This document shows positions 39,811-52,170 of a stretch of DNA of 64,000 bases, piece by piece; the first letter of the stretch is position 1, and the number at the start of each line of letters is the position of its first letter. Made by a program: the position numbers and the translations under genes. Source of the stretch: Camelus ferus (lineage: Eukaryota); assembly GCF_009834535.1 (NCBI RefSeq), contig NC_045696.1, positions 88,476,001-88,540,000 of the forward strand, read 5' to 3'. The notes beneath the pieces are model-generated. The model saw nothing but the letters and a program-made list of their open reading frames with translations. It did no database searches and had not been told where the DNA came from.

Positions 39811-41360
39811 AATTTTCCTTAAATCTTTTTTCTTGTCTTTTCTTCAGATCAGGTAATTTGTATTGATCAAGTTCACTCCCTGTTTCTTTTGCCATCTCCA
39901 AATTCTGTCAAGCTGATCCAGTAAACTTTTCATTCCAGATTTTCATTTTTCTGTTTTAGTTTTTATTTTTAATTTCCCATTTCTCTGTTGAGATTCTTTA
40001 TTTATTTTCTCATTAAGACCATAGTTGCCATAAATTCCTTGAACATATTTATTATAGCTGCTGTAAAGTCTGCAAGATCAGTATGTAGGCCTCTCAGGAT
40101 TGACCACTATTGACTGCTGTGTTTTCTTGACTATTGGTCACCTTTTCCTCTTTCTTTGCATGTCTGGTAATTTCTCAGTTTTATTTTGTCCTGGACAATG
40201 TGAATGATATGTTATAAACATGTAAATATTCTGGATTCTATTATATTCCCCTGAAGAGTTCTGATAATTTGATTTTTGTTCTAGTAAGTAGTTCAGTTCT
40301 TAGCTGATCATCTTGATTTTTTTTTTTTTCTTTTTTGCAGTGGGCAGGGTAAATGGGAGAATGTGTTACAGTTTGTCTCAGTGAGTCTATAAAACCCTAA
40401 GGTTTTCCCAAGCCCCTTTCATTTGTTGGAACTCAACTGCCCAACTCTGCCTCTCTTGTGGATCTTGCCAGCAGTTGGTTTTAAGCTCAATTAGGTTAAA
40501 TCTGAAGTAGGCCTTAATTTAGAGAGTGGTCCTTACTCTTAATACACAGCCTAAGTGTCCCCACTGGATGTTTCTCCAGTCTGCTTGGGCCAGAACTTGA
40601 CATTCCCCAGCAATATTCAATCTCCAGTGTTTCTATTCCACATGGAGTCCCCCAGCAGTCACTTCTGGGTAAGCCTGGGGTGCTTCACCCCACGCACAGG
40701 TAGCCTGCCATCGGCTAAGGACCGTGAGGGGCCGGCCCACACACAGACTCCTGAGGCTCCCCACTGTCACAGGTCTCCACAGACTCTAGCCACGGTCTGC
40801 ATCCTCGGTTCTATCCACCTCTGCTTGGACTCCAGCTTGCTAGGCCACAGTCAGAAAATTGTCCCCTCCCAGAGAGCGGAGGTGATCACAGGACAACTTG
40901 TGACCCCTTCTCTCAAGGATTGCTGTCTTGCACTGCCTGTTGTCCAGTGTTGTTCACTACCTGAAAATAATCGCTTAGTACAGTTTTTCCAGCTTTACAG
41001 TTGCTTACCGTGGATGGCAAGTGCAATACCAGTTAATCTGTGAGATCTGGAAGAGGAAGCCCCTGTAGATTCCTTGATAGTTTTTGAGCCTTAGATGTGT
41101 ATTGTTCCTGAGGCCCCATTTAAATACCTTTATCGCCCTTGGATTCCATGAGGCACCAGTAAAATCCGTATATTAAAGCATTCTTTCAGGTTAGGCTAGC
41201 ACCTCTGTTGTTACCTCTGAAAATCAAATAGATTGTCGCTACTGTATTTTTATAATAAGACAGAAGGAGTGAAAGAGAGAGAATATAGCCCGTGACTGTA
41301 AGTGAAGTTGGAGTGTTTGTGACTCTTGATTCCTATTTCTTTGGATCTGTGGTTGGTTTT

Positions 41361-41426
41361 GGAAAAGTCCGTAATTCTTACTCTAATCCAGCAGGAAAAG
41401 TCCGTAATTCTTACTCTAATCCAGCT
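41361..41426. repeat. 33-bp tandem duplication
   Basis: ggaaaagtccgtaattcttactctaatccagc(a/t) x2, 32/33 identical. Confidence 0.95.
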
Positions 41427-41609
41427 GGAAATCTCTAATCACATCCCTCATTTTATGTTAGAAATTTCCTATCCAGAGAAAAAAGTGGAAGACCAGAATT
41501 CACAGGCTCCATTTTCTTCTCTGGCTATCAAATATTATTTTTAATGGAAAGGAAAAAAATAATCCAAGGCCACATTTTTCTGCTTTGTTAACACCCAATT
41601 CCAAATTTA

Positions 41610-44600
41610 GCAAACTGGTGATTAACTTTTATTGTTCCAGTCCCAAGCGCTGTTCACATCTGAGCATTTCCTCTTTAGAATACCTAAAAATAGCATTACG
41701 TGTGTGCATGTGTGTGTGTATACTTATTTCCCTCTGTCTCTAAATTCCACACTGTTCCTTTCTCCATCTTGTGAAAACCTTTGCAGATGGAGATTTTCTT
41801 CTGGACGTTCTTCTGAGGCGTGTCATGCCACATTGCTGGAGTTTACCTGTATGTAGAGCTAATCTAACCCTTATCACCTAATACTAGTTATACTCTGTAA
41901 TCTTTGTTGTGGTATAAAGCTGGGTTAAAGTGGCGTTAACAATAAACAATTTTTATTGCATACATTTGTATACATTTTTAAAAGTAACTCTGTTTTGAAT
42001 TGGAGCCAGGCTTATTCGTGTTCCAGATGGGAGCACTCCCAGCCTCAATGTCTCCTATCTCTTGCTTCTGTTATGTTTTTGTCTTATCCTCGGGCCATGA
42101 ACTGTTTTCCTGCTTTCTACGTGGAATCCCAGCTCAGCAGCCACTCTAACTCAAAAACCTTGAGAAATTATGAAATTCCAGGCCAGACATTAGAATGTAA
42201 AAGGACTTTAACCCAAAGAAAAAGAATAGCAGCCATTCTGTGTATAAAGTCCAATAACTTTAATGTGTTTATTTTTGCTTGAATCTTGTCATCAAAGGTG
42301 AATTTTTAGCTGTCCACTTTGTATACAACAACACAGAGTCAGTGATTGCATGAACACATTAGTCTCTACAAGGCTAAACCTACCCCTAGCACACATCCAA
42401 GGGACCTGAATGACATGCCATGCATCTTGAGTCACCGTGCACTGCCATATACTCTGGGCTCCACACCAGGTTGACATTTTAACTTTTATTTCAAGCATCT
42501 CTTAGAGACAAATATAGACTAGTAGGTATAAAAACCTCTGAAGAGTACCAAGAGTAATGAGGTTTTGCAGAGTTTTCATTGTATTTATTATGAATCATTT
42601 TCAGGGACTAACTTACCAGAAAGCCTGATTGATCTGAAACTTATTTTTGACCTGTGATTTAATTATTAAATATAATTGGAAGTTTCCTAAAAGAAAGCAT
42701 TGTCTAATATATCATGGATCCTGCTTTTTTTTTTTTATAAACAAATAACATGATTTTTAAAATAGCAAGAAAATGCCAATGGAGAAATTGTCATGGTGTT
42801 GAAATCACTATAGTTAAGGCATATACAAAGTCATTGTTTCAAAATTCAGCAGAGAACAAGAGCAGAACTTTTGAGATATACCATGCACAAAACATACTTC
42901 TTAGGTACTTGAGGTTTTCTCTTTTTCCCTCCAACCCTCCTTTCCTTCCTTAATGACTGGACTCCTCCTATGGTTTTAACCTTACCAAGTCAGAAATTGG
43001 TTTGACTTAATTTCAGTTTCCTTTCATACGTTCTCATGATTAAAAACAAAACAACAAAAATTCCATTTCTGATCCCAATGAGTCATTCCCAATGTCTCCT
43101 CATTCTCACTCTTATTAGAATTCAATAGAATTCTAATGTAATTTGGCAATAGCTAATATTACTTGGATAAAGAAGCAAGTGGCATAAACAGAAAGAGGTG
43201 TCTAGGGAAGATGACCAAAGAATTGAGAAAGAAGTGATGGCTTCTGTGGTTAAAAATACAAGTCTGGCATTTTGTTTTGCTTTGTCATACAGAAAACAGA
43301 TGTTGCTAGTCTCATTCAAAATAGAAAACTTAAATTCCTTGCCTAGATTTTGGAATGTCTAGGGCAACTATGGATACCTAATTTATGATTTAAAAAAATC
43401 TGACATTTAGTCTTCACATTTAAGCTCAAGAAATAATTATATTCCTGAAATATGTTCATTTTCTATATCATAAATTTGCTAATTTATATACTCAAGGAAC
43501 ACTGATGATAAACACTCTCAGTTCTGGGTTCTCTTTTGGGACATGAGGTTGGGACATAGCCTCTTGGGAACAAAAATAGAAACAGACCATGGAGAGATGT
43601 TCTCACTGTTGCCTGTTCTCCTTTGCTGTAATTCTCTCCTTCCTCCAGAGGAGACACCCTGGCTTGGATTATACCATGGCTGAGCCCTTGCATGGCTGCT
43701 GTCCCTCCGGGAGGAGGCTCCAGTGGTGGCTCCCCACTGGAACAGCCCTACCCTTGCCCTGGTCCCCAGAGGCTCCCTGTCTCACCTCCCCACTCCATCT
43801 TTAGGAAACTAGGTGACCTAATATGGAGTAAATATCTGATGCAATTTGCTCGGGTGTAGGCAAGATATTCCCAATCTTTTACCATTCGCTGTCTTTTAAG
43901 TATAGGAAAGAATGACTCTAATTCTGCCCTGTCCTTACACATCTAAACTCATTGGAGAAAATAATGAAAGATGCCAATTTTCACCCCATTCAGCCAATAC
44001 TGAGAATTACGATATCTGTGCAGCCTCCGCTGGGCTGTGAGTGCCAAGGTGGGGATGGTGCCTAAGTGCTCACCTCTAGATATGCTTCCTTAGACTATTT
44101 GCACTTGGCATATGACAGGTGCTCAAAAAGGAATACTAATAAAGAATATGACTAATATTAATAATCATAAAGGAAAGAATAAAATATACAAGCAGATTTA
44201 CTTATAGCAAAAATAGTGGCTTTCCCAATTAAACCTGTTCATAACATAGATCAATGTATTATAAATGCAGTGATGCTTGTATTTAAAAAAAAAAAACTTG
44301 TACATGTGGTATATAAGAATTATGTATGTGAACATAGTTCACGTTGGCGTGTTTTGGAATTAACTGTTTCATTGCTATTTTTTCAGGCTTGTTGGGATCA
44401 TCATTCTTCTGAACTCACTAAAATGTCATCTTCTTTTGCTTTTGTTTTCTTTTTCTGACTGACTGACTGAGGGAATGTTGAGGCATTGCAAAACAGTCTT
44501 CAACTCTGTACTCTGAACTGAAGTGGTGTGAGTGCTGTAAATCAAAACCATTTGCTTTAGAAATTGAAACAGTAAACCAAAGACAGTGCCATAGATGTCA

Positions 44601-47600
44601 GTGTTTCAATGTGAACATATATTTCTGATAAATTTTTAAAAAGGCAAACCCTGCTTTCTAAAATTGAAGCTGAAGTTATTAGATCGTCTCCTTTTCTGTA
44701 TTGATTATTCTACTTTCTAAATATATGCCTGAGATAAAAGGGCAGTCAGGATGATAAAGACATAGACTGAATGTAGTCTTGCAGCTTAAACAGGGGGAGT
44801 ATTCTTGCTTAAAGTCCCGTGGCTTTTTCATTTTTTTTCCCCATGGAGCAGGATTTACATGTTTTCATTATTATACTAAGCAGTCACTTTTTGTCTTTGC
44901 ATGCTGAGACAGATGGGAATTTAAAATTTGCACAAGAAACATCATTCTCTTCAGTTAGAGATGTCTAATACGTCATTCTTATAGGATTTTAAAAAATTAT
45001 ATAAGCAAACATCCTTTTCATTATATGGAAAACTCTCTAAGAAGCTGGAATATTAAACAACCTTGTACTTTGTTTAAGTGAAATTGTCTGTTTTCAGTTG
45101 AATACTCACTGGTATTCATGTTGGCATTTGGAAAATTAACAGTTTCAAAACTCACCCCCAGAGGTAGCTGTGATTATGTTTATCTGATTTCAATTTTATT
45201 TGGGCACTCCAACATGGAAGATCTAGCATTTCATCTCTCTTACTATTTAAAAAAAATTCTAAAAAGGGGTATTCCCTCTTTGAAAAATGCAAAAATTCTT
45301 AAAGGGTTCAGGGTAAAACTGTCAAGCATTTGGAAAGTGAACAGAACCGAGGACAGTAAAAGTGGTTTAGGACAGTGGTGTATCCATTTTCATTGGGTAA
45401 GAATGGAATTGGGACTGCAGTTTTATGAACTTTATAGATAACTCAGGATTCATTCTCTTTTTTCTCAATGTTGTCTCCTTCAGAAAGAGCACAGATGTCA
45501 GAAAGCATGACTCATGATGGAGTAAAATATAAGGTCTTCTTTTCTTAATTTAAAATATTTCCTTTTAAATTATTCTCTGATTTCATCTTGTACATTTTCT
45601 TGCAAATGCTTTTCTGTACATTCTAACTTGATCACAGCAGAAATTAATGCTGCTTTTTTTTAAATTAAAAAAATGTTTCAAACTATTTTTAAGAATGATT
45701 CTACCTGTGCCATCAGTCCTATAAAACAAGGAGCTTTAGAATTGTCTTTATTAACACATAAGCAAAGCACTAGCCAATACTCTAAATGGGAAGCCTTGCA
45801 ATTTGAATAGGTGAGAAGCGGGAAAGCCTGCTTTCTACTGACCTCTGTGCAGTTGTTAGCAATTGCTATTAAATACAACCTATGCAGGTAAAAGTCTGAT
45901 AAGCCAAATTTTTGATAACCTACTTTTTACGTTTTCAATGTCTAAGTATCCAAAAGGTTTTTCCCCCCAATTCCTTGAATACTACTTCTACCTTTGTTTC
46001 TGCATGAACACATTTTAAATTACCCATTGTCTAATGAATAATAGAACCACATTGTGATAATGCATGACATCACATTTAACCTCTGAATTTCCTCCTGACA
46101 AAAGGTGATGGGAGAGTGTGGCTGGTACCTGGTCCCTCTCCTACAGAGGCAGCGAGTGACCCAGGCAGACTGCCCTGTCCCCCAACCCTCCCTCCAGCAC
46201 AGTCTACAATCAGAGCCCTCATGGTAATCTGCCTGTGCTCAAAGCTAGGGACTCTGGTCCTTGGAGGTTTTGAGATTAATTTGGATTTGGCCAATGTCAG
46301 AGGGGATTATGTGGTAAGAATGCCAGGTTATAGGACTTATTTATTCCATTTATTATAGAATAAATGGAACTGTATCTCTAAATATAATCTGCATCTTTGC
46401 TTCTTGCTTGCTTTTTGGTGGACATTTGAATTGTGAAAATGCCTATGTTGGTTGGTGAAAATGAATAGTTACTACATGCTCTTTTCAAAGTCCTCAACTT
46501 GGATTTATTGAAGTGATTGTACAAATGATGGTGTGGTTATTACTAAGCACACAAACATGATCATCGTCAACCCTTGGTTAAACAGTTTGCAGCTTAACAG
46601 AGGTAAAAATAAAAAATAATGGACACAGCATCAACATTATAAAGAATTAGCAAATAAATGTACATATTGGAAAACAAGTTTAGAATCATGTATCTCATGG
46701 AAGCCTTAGTGTCAACTGTCACTTGCCCTTTGCCATTTGCCACCTAGCCTAAGCGATTTTACTTTGTTTTATACGATTTTGGATAACAACCAGAGGGAGG
46801 GTATATTCCTAAACACTGGATGTCATTTTAAGATAATGACTTTACCCTAAATTCACTTTGTACCATGTTTTCGACTAGATTTGTTTCATCTGTTGCTTTG
46901 GGATTATCTCTCAGAGCTTTCCAAACATATTCCCCAGGCTGAGAGTAACAATTATGGAGCTAGAGCCAAGCCTTGCATTTTAGGCAAGAAATAACTTGAT
47001 AAACTGAATTATATACATAAAATGTGAAAGGTGGGACAACATGGGACAGGGATTTTAGAATGAATGAGAAGAAAGAGGAAGTGTAAATAGTTTACATTTC
47101 CATTATTATACCATGGATACATTGTTTTAAAAAACTCATTAGAATTTTAAAAATGAATTAATACCAAATATGCCATTTCCCCCTTTTCTATTATTTTAAA
47201 TATTTTTTTTACTCTCACATTGTGATAAAATGTAAAAATATTTATTTTGATTCCATCTGGAAAGCAAGGATAATTTCAAAAAAGCAACTGAAAGCTTTTG
47301 GAACGAATTTGAGAAGTCCCTAGCTATGCAAGCCTTTTGCTTACTATTCACAGAAATAGAAGGGAGCTGATGTTTAGAGTTTTAAGGAGGATTGTTGGGC
47401 TTCTGCTATCAACGGGAGCTGCTGTTGGTCGTATTAAATCATTCTATTTGTTAACACTGCTTTCATTAACACACCAGCCTCTCCTATGAAAGGATTAGTA
47501 CTTCTAAATTGCTAACTGTATTTCAACTACTAAGAGTCATAGCAATGAGAAAATAGTAATATTTCCATAAACCAGAATTTCCTAAAGCAGATCCTATGGA

Positions 47601-50600
47601 ACACAAGCTCTTTGAAATGTTACTCGGTGTTACTAGAAAAAAATTGATCCAGAGGCAACTGAATAGGCGTCATTTCTGCAGAGCTGGGTTGGGAATGCTG
47701 GTGTGACGAGCTAAGGCAATCTGGGGGGAATATTAAGAGATCAGTCTAACAGTGGGTCAAAAGGACCCACATTTTCTGAGATCATTGGAAAATAAAGCCT
47801 TACCCAGAGTATGTATTCCTATACTTTCAGATGGACAATTAAATGTTGCCCTTTCTAAACTTGCTGTGTTCACAATTGCAAGAGTTAGATCTGAAAACAA
47901 CTCAGGGGGAAAAAAGTCAGGCAAGTCAAGGCATATCTGGCCAAGAAAAAGTGAGCTCTCCCTCTGTGAATCCCTCATGTATTGCCAGATATCCCCATGA
48001 TCCAATTCAATTGTGTAATCAGCTTCCTAGAATCACTTCAGATAGGACTGGTGATGCCATCACACACACAATCCTGTCTGCACAAAATGTTCATGGGTTG
48101 AAATCATAACAGTTATGTGAAACAAGAGCTATTTTAAATGATCCAGATTGCATGTGCTCCTTTACTCTCTAAAATACTCTCTGTAATACCCTTATCATGG
48201 ACAAGATTCTAGAGGTCAACCACTTCCATCCAAGGCAAGGAACAGAACGTGGCCACTGGTTATCAGTAATGAGTACAGTCATGTTGTATTAGGACCGTGA
48301 CCTCACAGTTACATGCCTCGGGCCAGTTGGTCATGCGAAATAAATGCCGGTCTTGGGAACTAGCTTTGAAGTTTTCCATATAAGTATTGTTTATTCCTTT
48401 GATTAGAGAATTGCAAATACAACGAATTAAGAAAAAATTTCCCTGCCTTCTCCATCCTCCACCTCATGCCCACCGCATCTCAACCCATTTTAAAAGTATG
48501 AATGCTGGTGGAGGAGCAGGAGGACAGTGCATTAATGAAGACCTGGGCTTGGCATCATGCTAAGGGCTCATAAGCACGTGATCATTCGTTCCCAGCTTCA
48601 TTTCTAAAAGGCTGTAAAACTGTTCCAAAATTTGGCACCATGAGGGCTATTGGCAATGCGAACTCGGGCTAGGGAGTCTGGCAGCCTCGGGTGACAGTTC
48701 CAAAGCTTTGGCAGTGCTGTTTAGGGAAGCATCACATGCAAACTTCTCAAATCAATTTCTCTAACTAGACTCAACCTTCCCTGTCCCTAGAAAGTGGCCG
48801 GTGAGCCACAGGGCACCCCGGGGTGCTGTCTGCAGACCCCCAGGGGCTGGAGGAGGCTTGGGGAGAGAGAACTCCAGGAGGATGAGAGAAGGTAACGAAG
48901 TACTTTGATTTCAGACATAACTATTAATCCAACTATTATTTAGCTTAGAACTTCTATTTTTAAAAAATCTACAAGCCAAAGTGGGAGAAAAAGAGGCAGA
49001 AAGGGAGTAGAAAATATACACACTACTTGGTTAAAATCAGAAATAAATTAATTCTACAAAGCAAAGTTTAGAAGCACCAAAACACTACCATTTTCATTTT
49101 AGACAATAACAATGATCACAGAATTAAAAAATGTCTTTCCCTTGCTATTCTGAATTTTGGGTTAAGTTTAAATAAAAGGAAAGTGGACTGTGTACCATGA
49201 AACGAAGACACTGCTTATTCCTCGACTCCAGTTAGATGTGGGCTTTGGTAACTCTCCAGAATCAGACTGTCCTCAATCACCAAGCAAATTTCGGGCCACC
49301 TGGCCTGACTGTCCAACATCAATCACACCCAGCATGAATCCTACATTCGTCTCCCAACCCCCACCTCAAATACACACATCCAAATATTGTGTCTCTCAGT
49401 AGGCGGATACTCCCATCTAACATGGGGGCAAGTATTTTGTGCTAGATGTGCTACAGCTAAAAACACAAAAAACCTAGGTTCTAATTCTAATATTGAAAAT
49501 GCTAATGTTACAATTTACAAAAAGTAAGCAAATCTCTTGGGAATTCATGACTGAATTCTTTCAGTCAAAGAAAGGTTATATACTTGGGGGAATTCAGACA
49601 GATTATGGTCCTTGGCAGCCGCAAGGGGATCTCTTCACCCTCCTAAGTTCACTCCTAGAACTTGCTTCAGGACAGCTCCGCAGCGGACGAAGTGGGGGGC
49701 GCAGCGGCACCACGGGCAGGAGGTGGCCAGTGAGTGGGGCCTTTGAGAAGCTATGATGACAAATGCCCACGCTGGAAGGACAAAACCAGGTGGACACCCT
49801 GGCATTTTGGACACACAGAGGTGGAGATGCAATGAAAATCTTGTTTGACTGTTTGAGCCACCTCAATTAGGGACACCGGATGACCTAGTGATTATAAAAT
49901 ACTGAGATTGGAAACGTGACTTTGGTGATACGAAATGGAAAGTAGCAAGTCTGGCTCCACAACAACTCAATGACTTGCAATCAAATGTTAAAGACGGAGG
50001 CCTCTGCACCGTCAAGCAGAAGCACAGCCCAGCGGTTCACCACCAAGTTCCAAGGCGCAGCTGGGAGCTGTACTTGGCTTCAAGGAACGCACACACAGTT
50101 CTAGGCCGCTGCTTCTCAGAACACTGATTGAAAGACACTTGAGAGCACGCATTATAGGAGAGAAAAAAAATGCCCCAAACCAGGCAGCTGGAGCTCAATT
50201 CAGGATGGCGACCTCACCAGCTGTCTCTCCCAATGCAGGCGGCAGACTTCCCCAGGGGCACCGTGACTTACTCGGCCATTATTTTCCTCTATCTACCCTT
50301 AGAGATGGAAGGAATTATGGTATTGCAATTTGCTTTTGTCACTTCTTGGTAAAGTAAAAAATTGTGTCTGGGGGTGAAGTTTAACAGCTGCCTATCACAT
50401 ACAGTAAGGTGTAAGCAAAAGGTTAAGGTCATGCACGATTAGGATAAACGCACAAAGACTGGCCGGGTGGTACACAAAGTCTGTTTAACTAATAAAGGGC
50501 GCGAGGGTGAGAGGTTATTTCCGCTGTGCAGGCAACTCTCATCCTCCCCACTTCCTCAGCCTCCAAGAACAGCCACAGAATAATAATAAACCATTTCCAA

Positions 50601-51092
50601 ATCTGTTTCTGGACTGCTGCAGAGCAGAAAACCTGGGCTCAGGAGGACAGAGCATTCTCAGGACCGTTCTCTCAGCAAAGGGTGTGGCCACTCGGCCCTG
50701 GCTCCCTGCGCCCTGCTTCCCGCTCCAACAAGAGGACACAAAGCCTGATGCCTGGAGGGCCCCGTGAGGGATCTTGAAAACAATCTGAAAAGGAGTATAT
50801 ATGGCACACATGCCGCTCACTTCACACATGTGAATCTACAGCTATATATTTATATACTTTGAACATTGGATGAAAAAATGGGAAAACACGAAGAAACCAT
50901 TTTCCAGCCTCTCAACTACATTGGCCAAAAGCACCCTCTTCATCGCGGGACATAGACTTAAGATGGCCAGGGAGGGGGCATCCCACGTCTGGGTGGATGA
51001 TCCTAACTGTAACTCCCACACCTCTCACTACATTAAAAGAGACCAGGGTGTTTAAAGTCCTTTAGTCTAAGGCAGCTGAGACCCCGAAGGGT
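41610..51092 (-). other. PPM1L: PPM1L very long 3'UTR (distal end approximate)
   Basis: ~9.5 kb downstream of the stop codon is nearly free of interspersed repeats, unlike its flanks. It ends at minus-strand AATAAA signals (41952-41957, 41628-41633). PPM1L is recalled to have a long 3'UTR. Confidence 0.6.
41628..41957 (-). terminator. PPM1L: Tandem distal polyadenylation signals of PPM1L
   Basis: Minus strand TGTATACAAATGTATGC-AATAAA (two upstream UGUA, hexamer at 41952-41957). A second AATAAA at 41628-41633 is followed by GU-rich TTTGGAATTGGGTGTT. Confidence 0.55.
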
Positions 51093-51439
51093 TCACTGCT
51101 CTTCTGTTTTGCTGCTATTCCTGAACTTCACCACCATGACTGTTATATTGTCAGGGCAGCCTCTGTAAAATGACTGTAACACTATGCTCTTGGCTCCAAA
51201 GTGAGGTTCATCCAAGCGGTCTTTGATGAATCGAACAGCTTCTTCGTTGCTGAAGGCATCCCAGAGGCCATCTGATGCCAAGATCATGAACTCGGGCTGG
51301 AGCTTGTCCAGGTCAAAGGTCAGGATATCTGGGTCTGGGATGACCACGTTGAGATTTTTCAGCGGATAGTCCCCCAGGGATCGTGACATGGCCAGGATTC
51401 CCTGGACCCTCCAGGAGCCGTTGAAACTGATGAAACCAC
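51093..51439 (-). CDS. PPM1L: Protein phosphatase 1L (PP2C-epsilon), last coding exon (347 nt incl. TGA)
   Basis: Acceptor tctctttccag|GTGGTTTC. Translates GFISFNGSWRVQGILAMSRSLGDYPLK...LASDGLWD...DNITVMVVKFRNSSKTEEQ*, with PP2C metal-binding motifs SRSLGD, SDGLWD and DN. Splicing to the 54634 exon gives KRAGGFISF in frame. Upstream exons are not in this window. Confidence 0.97.
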
Positions 51440-51899
51440 CTGGAAAGAGAGAACGAGCCCATTAGCTTGACCAGCTGCTCTCTCGCACCTGGTGCAGACT
51501 GGAGGCAGGCACAGCAGGATCTAGTGCATGTGACCCCTCACCCAACCTTGGTACTGCCAGGACGGAGCACTGTTCCCGCTGCATGCCTTCAGGCTTGACG
51601 CTCTACCAGTAGATCCACACACCCTCATCTTAAAGGCCTTCAAGACTAAATCAAAAAGAATATTGAGAGTAGAAAGTACGGATGGGTGAGGACTTCAGTG
51701 TGAACTTAAGGACACCTTGGCAGCTGAGTGACTGACAGTAGGGAGCACTAGGATGGGGGTCCGAGGAGAGCGGCAAAAGAGGCAGGTGGACAGGTGACAG
51801 AGGTGACCACTGGGGTCCATCATTAGCTTGAGGCTGCCTTTGGGTGTGACTCTATCAATCTCAAAACAGCTTCCCAATTAGGATCAGGATTAGAGATCG

Positions 51900-52170
51900 G
51901 TATATTTCAGCACCGTCGTTAAAGGCTCAGGCTCTCATATCACAGCGCTTGGATTTGATTCCCTACTCTAGTACTCCCACTGTGTGATTTTGGATGAGAA
52001 ATTCTCTCTCTCTCATCCTTGGTTTCCCTGGTTGCAAAACAGGGACAATAATAGTACCTATTTCATTGAGGGAAACAAAGGAGTTGTGAGAAATAAAGGA
52101 GTTAATCCATGTAAATCCCTTAGCACCATGCTTAAATATAACACACACTCAATATTATCTATTGTTATTT
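51900..52170 (+). mobile_element. MIR SINE (a second MIR at ~52460-52660)
   Basis: ataatagtacctatttca...gagttgtgagaaataaa...atgtaaatcccttagcac. The second copy has accagctgtgtgtccctgggca...tgtaaaatgagga. Confidence 0.6.

Larger units (their letters stand above)
37470..41050 (-). mobile_element. Nested LINE-1 fragments (old L1M-type) with a MER20-like piece at ~39000-39060
   Basis: Minus ORF 38164-38424 resembles the ORF2 C-terminus. agcagagcttctcaacctt...acattttg is a MER20-type end. Confidence 0.7.

Noticed and set aside
41361..41426. CRISPR-like direct repeat
   Set aside because: Only two adjacent units, no spacers, mammalian context.
49685..49705. CTCF-like G-rich CpG cluster in the PPM1L 3'UTR
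   Set aside because: Mismatches at key core positions; cannot be supported.
42220..51080. Individual miRNA seed matches (let-7, miR-124, miR-15/16, miR-9) in the PPM1L 3'UTR
   Set aside because: 7-mers are expected by chance in ~9 kb; conservation analysis is needed.
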